64,000 nucleotides of DNA from positions 288,861 to 352,860 of the forward strand of contig CAWHXY010000006.1 in NCBI GenBank assembly GCA_963833575.1. The letters are read 5' to 3'. A program made the position numbers and the translations under genes. The notes below the pieces were generated by a model. That model worked only from the letters and a program-made list of their open reading frames with translations. It was not told the origin of the DNA and made no database searches. Shown here piece after piece: positions 59,031 through 64,000 of this stretch; positions within the stretch are counted from its first letter, which is position 1, and every line of letters starts with the position of its first letter. The DNA is from Candidatus Bathyarchaeota archaeon. Lineage in GTDB: Archaea; Thermoproteota; Bathyarchaeia; Bathyarchaeales; Bathycorpusculaceae.

Positions 59031-59681
59031 AACATTTGGCCTTCTGTATTTTAACGCTTGCCAACCGAGCACGCATGCTTCGTTTAAGATGATTTACTAT
59101 AACTTCACCGAGAATAGTTAAACGAAAAAATTCTAATGAACAGGAAACGAATTGAAATTGATAGGCTATCTTTCTGTTTTAGCTTCTTTCTTTACGAGTT
59201 AAAGGACAGCCTTTTCAACCTCTACGGAGATTATTTACCGTGAGTTTTTCCCATATTTTGCAACTATGCATTGCATGAACTTCTTCCAAACCTCTTAGCC
59301 AACGTTCTAACATTCAATCGGCGTTCACTCAATTAGATTATGAGGTATTTTAATGCCTGCAATTCGACAGGTTGGAGGTACTGCTTTAATGGCTTCTGTT
59401 ATCAATAAAATTGAAAAGGCGGATCAGCTCTTTATGGAGTCTGCTATCCTGATATCACCAAGATGAGATAGTAATAAGTTAACCACTTTCTTAAGATTCA
59501 TGCCAACGCTTCTGTATCACTATCGATGTCAATACAAAACGGCTTTGGATAGCAGCGAAAGTTAACTACAAATGCGTCAGTAATCCCACTATACCCAATC
59601 TTTAGCCAGATGCCATTGATTGATCGAAATTATGCCGCTGGATTTTGACTAAACCAAGTATAATATAGTAATCGGTTCACC

Positions 59682-60092
59682 CTAAATTCTCAGAACAGTG
59701 GTTGTTGCGATAATTTGTCGTCCAATATCGTGTACATCCCGTTCTATGGTTCCCGAGATCACTCTGTCCAAGTTTGATGCTTTAGCAGCGTTTTTTACAA
59801 GCGCAGGCTTGAGTACATTCATAGCAGCGGTTAAGCACTCGCCGATCATAATAAGATCGGAGAGCATAATCGGATTTTCATCTTCTGTGGTTTTGGTTTT
59901 TTCGTCAAAGATTGTTGCGGAATAGTCTCTTTTTGTAATCTCTTTAACCCATTCTAAGAGATTTTTCTAAGATCTCCATCCGATCGGATCAATTCCCGCG
60001 TCGAGAGCTCTTTGAGTAATTGCAGCACATTTTTCTTGATTCTGTTCATAGAATGCCCTCTTCAATTCTGTTATTACAGATTCATTAGACAT
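59682..60092 (-). pseudogene. Truncated, frameshifted corrinoid protein paralog
   Basis: MSNESVITELKRAFYE.. then, after a frameshift, LLEWVKEI..LSDLIMIGECLTAA..GTIERDVHDIGRQII; parallels 61911..62651. Confidence 0.8.
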
Positions 60093-60105
60093 CAATTACA
60101 CCTGC

Positions 60106-60570
60106 TTAGAAACCGGTACCCTTCATGCTTGGATCGAAGTCTAATTCTTCCTTAGCTTTGTCTGCCTCTTTTGTGTACCATTCAACGGCAGGTTGACCAA
60201 ACAGGAGTTTCTTTAAATCTTCTTCTAAATTAGAAGGCTTTATTATGGCTAGCCACCCCTCTCCGTAAGGGTCATTCATAAACCCTTCAGCGCCATATTT
60301 TCTAACTTCATCATTGGTTTTAATTATGGTACCGTTAACGGGGCAAACGATAGGACCGGTATATTTTCTTGATTCAATAAGCCCTATCTTACCTTTGTAT
60401 TTAACTACGGTTCCAACGTCTGAAAGTTTAAGGGCAAAGATATCATGCGAACCCTTCGCAACAACATCATCAAAACCGACACGCACGTTGCCATCCGGCT
60501 CGACTTTAGCCCAAATATTTTCATTGTAGTATAGCTCAGGTCTAAATTCAAAGCCTAATATTTTAGTCAT
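60106..60570 (-). CDS. Glycine cleavage H-protein-like lipoyl carrier
   Basis: LYY..NIWAK..VRVGF, IESRK (lipoyl Lys position), CPVNG, NDPYGEGWL. Confidence 0.85.
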   Translation of the reverse strand: MTKILGFEFRPELYYNENIWAKVEPDGNVRVGFDDVVAKGSHDIFALKLSDVGTVVKYKGKIGLIESRKYTGPIVCPVNGTIIKTNDEVRKYGAEGFMNDPYGEGWLAIIKPSNLEEDLKKLLFGQPAVEWYTKEADKAKEELDFDPSMKGTGF

Positions 60571-60645
60571 GAGTAATTTTTCACCCGTGTATATTTTCCC
60601 TGACTATTAAGTTATTCTTGACTAAATTTTTGAAAAAAAAAGGAT

Positions 60646-61911
60646 TTAATATTTGAGTGGCAGTTGAATACACTCTTGGTTCACTTTGATAGACATCTCG
60701 AATTGGCTGACTGATGTCAAAGCGTCGTATGATGTCCAGTAGGTTGATCGTTGGCCTCCAGTCATCTTATTGTAGGTTCGCATGACACGTTCGACATCTG
60801 CACGGTATTCTGCTTCTGTGCCTTTCAGCACTCTTCGGGTTGAGTTGGCAGTAATGTAGAACATCTTTTCGTATTTTCGAATAATCTCTGATTTCTCCTC
60901 AAAACCAGGTTGTTCTAAGATGTTAAGAAGTCCGCCGCCCAACAGGTCATTTAAGTACTTGAAGGTGAATTCAAAGCCTTCTTCAACGCCACCGCCAGCT
61001 ACGTATGATCGGTAACCCATTCCAGCTAAATGATCAAAGATGGCTTTATAGTGATGATCAAATGTCTCTATGTATTCTTTACCTTTAAGATAGCCTGCTC
61101 CGCCGTCGCAGAACCATATAATGTTCCCTTTACCATCTTCAGTTAATTGGGGACCAACAATCGGGGCTATAGCTGTTGCTCTTTTCATGCAGAGTTTTGA
61201 AACACCATCTAATGCCAAAGTAGCCATTTCGCGGTCATTACGCATAGCTAGCACGAATTCTTTTATGCCCATAAGGAAGCCAGCGCTTGCAAGAGGACCA
61301 GGACAAATGTTTCCCCAAATCACCATCAAATCCGACAGATATTTCATTCGCATCTTTGTAACCCACAAGTTAAGTGGAAATAAGCCTTGCTTCGCCGGGT
61401 CAGGACAGTTATCGAAAAAGAATTGAAGTTCCTCTTTATTTTTGGCAAAAGGTTCAACCATCAGTGGCGGTCCGTAGTCGATGAACTTGAATGTTCTGCT
61501 CAATATTTCTTCGCCAAAGGTAACTGGAGTTGTTTTAGTGTAGTCTCCTGGGGTCCTTGTATACCACATCATTTCAGCAAGCCAGTTCAAGTTAGGATGG
61601 TTTAGAACGTCTTTTTGGCTAATAACAGGTGTTGGTTCAAGAAAGCTATCAAGCACTCTTGGCGAGAAGTTATGCGTATATACATAACATGATGGCAAAC
61701 GATCCACCATCTCTGCGGTAAACTCATTTTTTGCACATCTCTCTCTTGGTGTATACTTATCCTTCTTTTGTCTATCAGCTATCTTTTTTTTGCAGCTTTC
61801 GAAGATTAATTCTTCAGTTTCGGTAAAAGCGCAGCTATATCCTGCGGCATTCCAATTTTTTGGATATTCTCCATTTTTTTCCTGTGAATCCCAAACTAGT
61901 CTACCATTCAT
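60646..61911 (-). CDS. UroD/MtaA-fold corrinoid-dependent methyltransferase-like protein
   Basis: TPRER..DRLP, GPLASAGFLMG..EFVLAM, GTEAE helix; adjacent to the corrinoid protein. Confidence 0.6.
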   Translation of the reverse strand: MNGRLVWDSQEKNGEYPKNWNAAGYSCAFTETEELIFESCKKKIADRQKKDKYTPRERCAKNEFTAEMVDRLPSCYVYTHNFSPRVLDSFLEPTPVISQKDVLNHPNLNWLAEMMWYTRTPGDYTKTTPVTFGEEILSRTFKFIDYGPPLMVEPFAKNKEELQFFFDNCPDPAKQGLFPLNLWVTKMRMKYLSDLMVIWGNICPGPLASAGFLMGIKEFVLAMRNDREMATLALDGVSKLCMKRATAIAPIVGPQLTEDGKGNIIWFCDGGAGYLKGKEYIETFDHHYKAIFDHLAGMGYRSYVAGGGVEEGFEFTFKYLNDLLGGGLLNILEQPGFEEKSEIIRKYEKMFYITANSTRRVLKGTEAEYRADVERVMRTYNKMTGGQRSTYWTSYDALTSVSQFEMSIKVNQECIQLPLKY

Positions 61912-62651
61912 TATTGTTTTCCTCCTTTTGCTCTTTGTTCTTTGAGAATGCGCATCAGCTCAAAGGCTTTCGTTAGAGCTTCTTCTGATTGCGCCGCAAA
62001 ACCGTCAATATTGCAGGTTGCTGGATCATCAGGGGTAGCAGCTTGCCCTCCATCAATAACTTTAACGTTGTCTCGTATACCCATTTTTTTTAACTGTTCG
62101 ACAACTTTAGGGATATTTGAGCGGCACATAGCCATCGAGCAACTAATGCCGAGAATATCAGCTTTTTTCAGCTTCGCTTGTAAAGCAAACCTTTGAGCGG
62201 GCACATCTGCTCCTAAATCTGTAACATCATAACCTGCAGCAGTGAACATTGTGCCGATAATTTGTCTACCAATGTCATGGACATCGCCTTCAATTGTGCC
62301 TAACAGAACTTGACCAGACATAGTTTCTTTGCCTTTAGCTTCATTTATCAGGTAAGGTTTAAGAATCGCAACTGCAGCAGTTAAACATTCAGCAATAACA
62401 ATTAAATCAGATAAATACACTGCGTTTTCAGGCATTTTTTCTTGTGCTAACTTAGCATCGTCATGAATGGCAGCGGTATCATCTCTGGAACAAATTTCTT
62501 TAGTCCATGCAAGCAGATATTTATCAAGTAGTTCTATAGCACTGCCTCCTGAATTCATTACTTCTTGTGTGAATTTTGTAACAGCTTCGACGTTTTCATC
62601 ATAAAATGATTTTTTCAGCTCTCCGATAATATTCTCTATGCTTTGCGGCAA
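61911..62651 (-). CDS. Methyltransferase corrinoid (B12-binding) protein, MtaC/MttC-like
   Basis: GTIEGDVHDIG (DxHxxG), DLGADVP, GISCSM, VIDGG. Confidence 0.9.
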   Translation of the reverse strand: MPQSIENIIGELKKSFYDENVEAVTKFTQEVMNSGGSAIELLDKYLLAWTKEICSRDDTAAIHDDAKLAQEKMPENAVYLSDLIVIAECLTAAVAILKPYLINEAKGKETMSGQVLLGTIEGDVHDIGRQIIGTMFTAAGYDVTDLGADVPAQRFALQAKLKKADILGISCSMAMCRSNIPKVVEQLKKMGIRDNVKVIDGGQAATPDDPATCNIDGFAAQSEEALTKAFELMRILKEQRAKGGKQ

Positions 62652-62955
62652 TTTCGCACATCCTGATATTGTCTTTCTTTATCTATCTTATAGAAAATTG
62701 GTAGTCATCGAGTAAACAAACACAATAGAAATTTCATAATGCAAGCGTTCATTGAAGTGCCATGAAAAACCTTTTTGCTCAAGCTAACTCTAGTCTTGGA
62801 GCGCTGGAATAAACACCGTCTTTTTTGGCTTTTTAGACCTCGACATAGAAAATGGTTTGCGCTCCTTCTGGCGGATAGATGGATGAGCTTTATCTCGCAT
62901 ACAAAAATGCTGTCAGAGCTTAAAGGAGCATCTTCCAGCATTCCACACTATAGAT

Positions 62956-64000
62956 GTGAAGGAAATGGTTGAAAAGTTTTTCGGTGTAGACGTACACCAA
63001 GACCTACTCGTCGCAACCATCCTAATTGACCAAACCAAAGAAACAATACACTTCACAAATGACTCAGACGACATAGACAAGCTCAAAGAATGGCTCAAAA
63101 TCAATGAGTGTAAAAGAGCAGTGATGGAGTCAACTAGTATCTATTGGGATCCATTATACTTAGCCCTAGAAGAATCAGGTTTTGAAGTAGTGCTGGCCAA
63201 CGTTAATCACATGAAGGGTATTCCTGGACGCAAAACTGACCAGTTTGATTCTGAATAGCTTGCACATCTCCTAAGAGGAGGACAGAAAAAACCCAGCTAT
63301 GTCTCAGACAAACACCTAAGAGAACTACGTGACCTAACTCGAATGAGGATAAAATACGTTCAGAACAGAACCCAGTTTAAGAATCGCTGCCAAAAAGTAC
63401 TCAGCAGAGTAAACATCAGATTGCGTTCTAAGCTAAGCGATGTCTTTGGGAAGGCTGGGATGGAAATTCTAAGCGGTTTAAGCTCGGGTAAAAGTATGGA
63501 GGCTATCTTGGAGCACACAGAAAATAAGCAGCTTAAAAGCAGATGCGAAGAGATTAAGGCTTATTCGAAATGTTCACTGAGTGAAAATGACATTTTTGAA
63601 CTCAAAATTGACTCAGACGATTAACATTTGGACGAGCAAATTAGAGATGTGGAGGCTAGAGTAGAGGTCTTGCCAATGAGCGTGACATTGAAACAGTTTC
63701 TTCTGTGCCGGGTGTGGGAAAGCGTTCTGCTGCTGCTATTTTGGCTGAGATTGGCGACACTAAACGTTTTTCTAACGGAAAGCAAATCGCAGCTTGGACT
63801 GGGCTTGCTCCTTCTCTTCATCAGTCAGCTGGTGTATGCGTTTTGGGGTCGATTATTAGGCGGGGTTCTAAGTGGTTGAGATGAACATGGTTGAGGTTGC
63901 TCATGCCGCTGTAAGAGTTAGGGATTCAAAGTTTAGGGCTTTGTTTTTGCGTGTGAAGACAAGGAAGGGAAGTAAAACTGCTTATGTTGCTGTTGATAAG
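62956..64000 (+). mobile_element. IS110-family transposase pseudogene (runs off window)
   Basis: FGVDVHQD, MESTSIYW, KTDQFDSE* (TAG at 63256), SVPGVG, AEIGDTKRF...TGLAPSLHQS, GSKWLR*; several stops and frameshifts. Confidence 0.9.

Noticed and set aside
62956-64000. Active IS110 bridge-RNA recombinase system
   Set aside because: The transposase has several stops and frameshifts, and no bridge RNA structure could be supported by eye.

Overview
Archaeal chromosomal window, most likely Bathyarchaeia (inferred from the CdvA-like protein, tungsten AOR, MptN/RimK ligase, PEF-CTERM protein and frequent TTG/GTG/CTG starts). Positions 1-31 kb and 44.6-50.8 kb hold housekeeping, transport and metabolic genes: an Opp ABC transporter, AOR, a P1B ATPase, valS, nadX and tRNA-Lys. 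The main discovery is a 10,014-bp Cas1-encoding element (32822-42835). It has apparently perfect 274-bp terminal inverted repeats, a 13-bp target-site duplication (ATTAAATTTTAAT) and no CRISPR array, so it looks like a casposon. It encodes no family B DNA polymerase and instead carries an MCM-like AAA+ ATPase and an AEP/primpol-like ORF. A second, older element begins right after the shared TSD, with a diverged TIR, a beta-propeller cargo gene and a cas1 3' relic, so this is a polarised tandem casposon array. Other highlights are a clear TPP riboswitch controlling an archaeal thiT gene and a pseudogene-rich region after tRNA-Lys. That region contains a corrinoid protein + UroD/MtaA-fold + GcvH-like lipoyl-carrier operon and a dead IS110. 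All calls come from reading the sequence by eye; no database searches were run.
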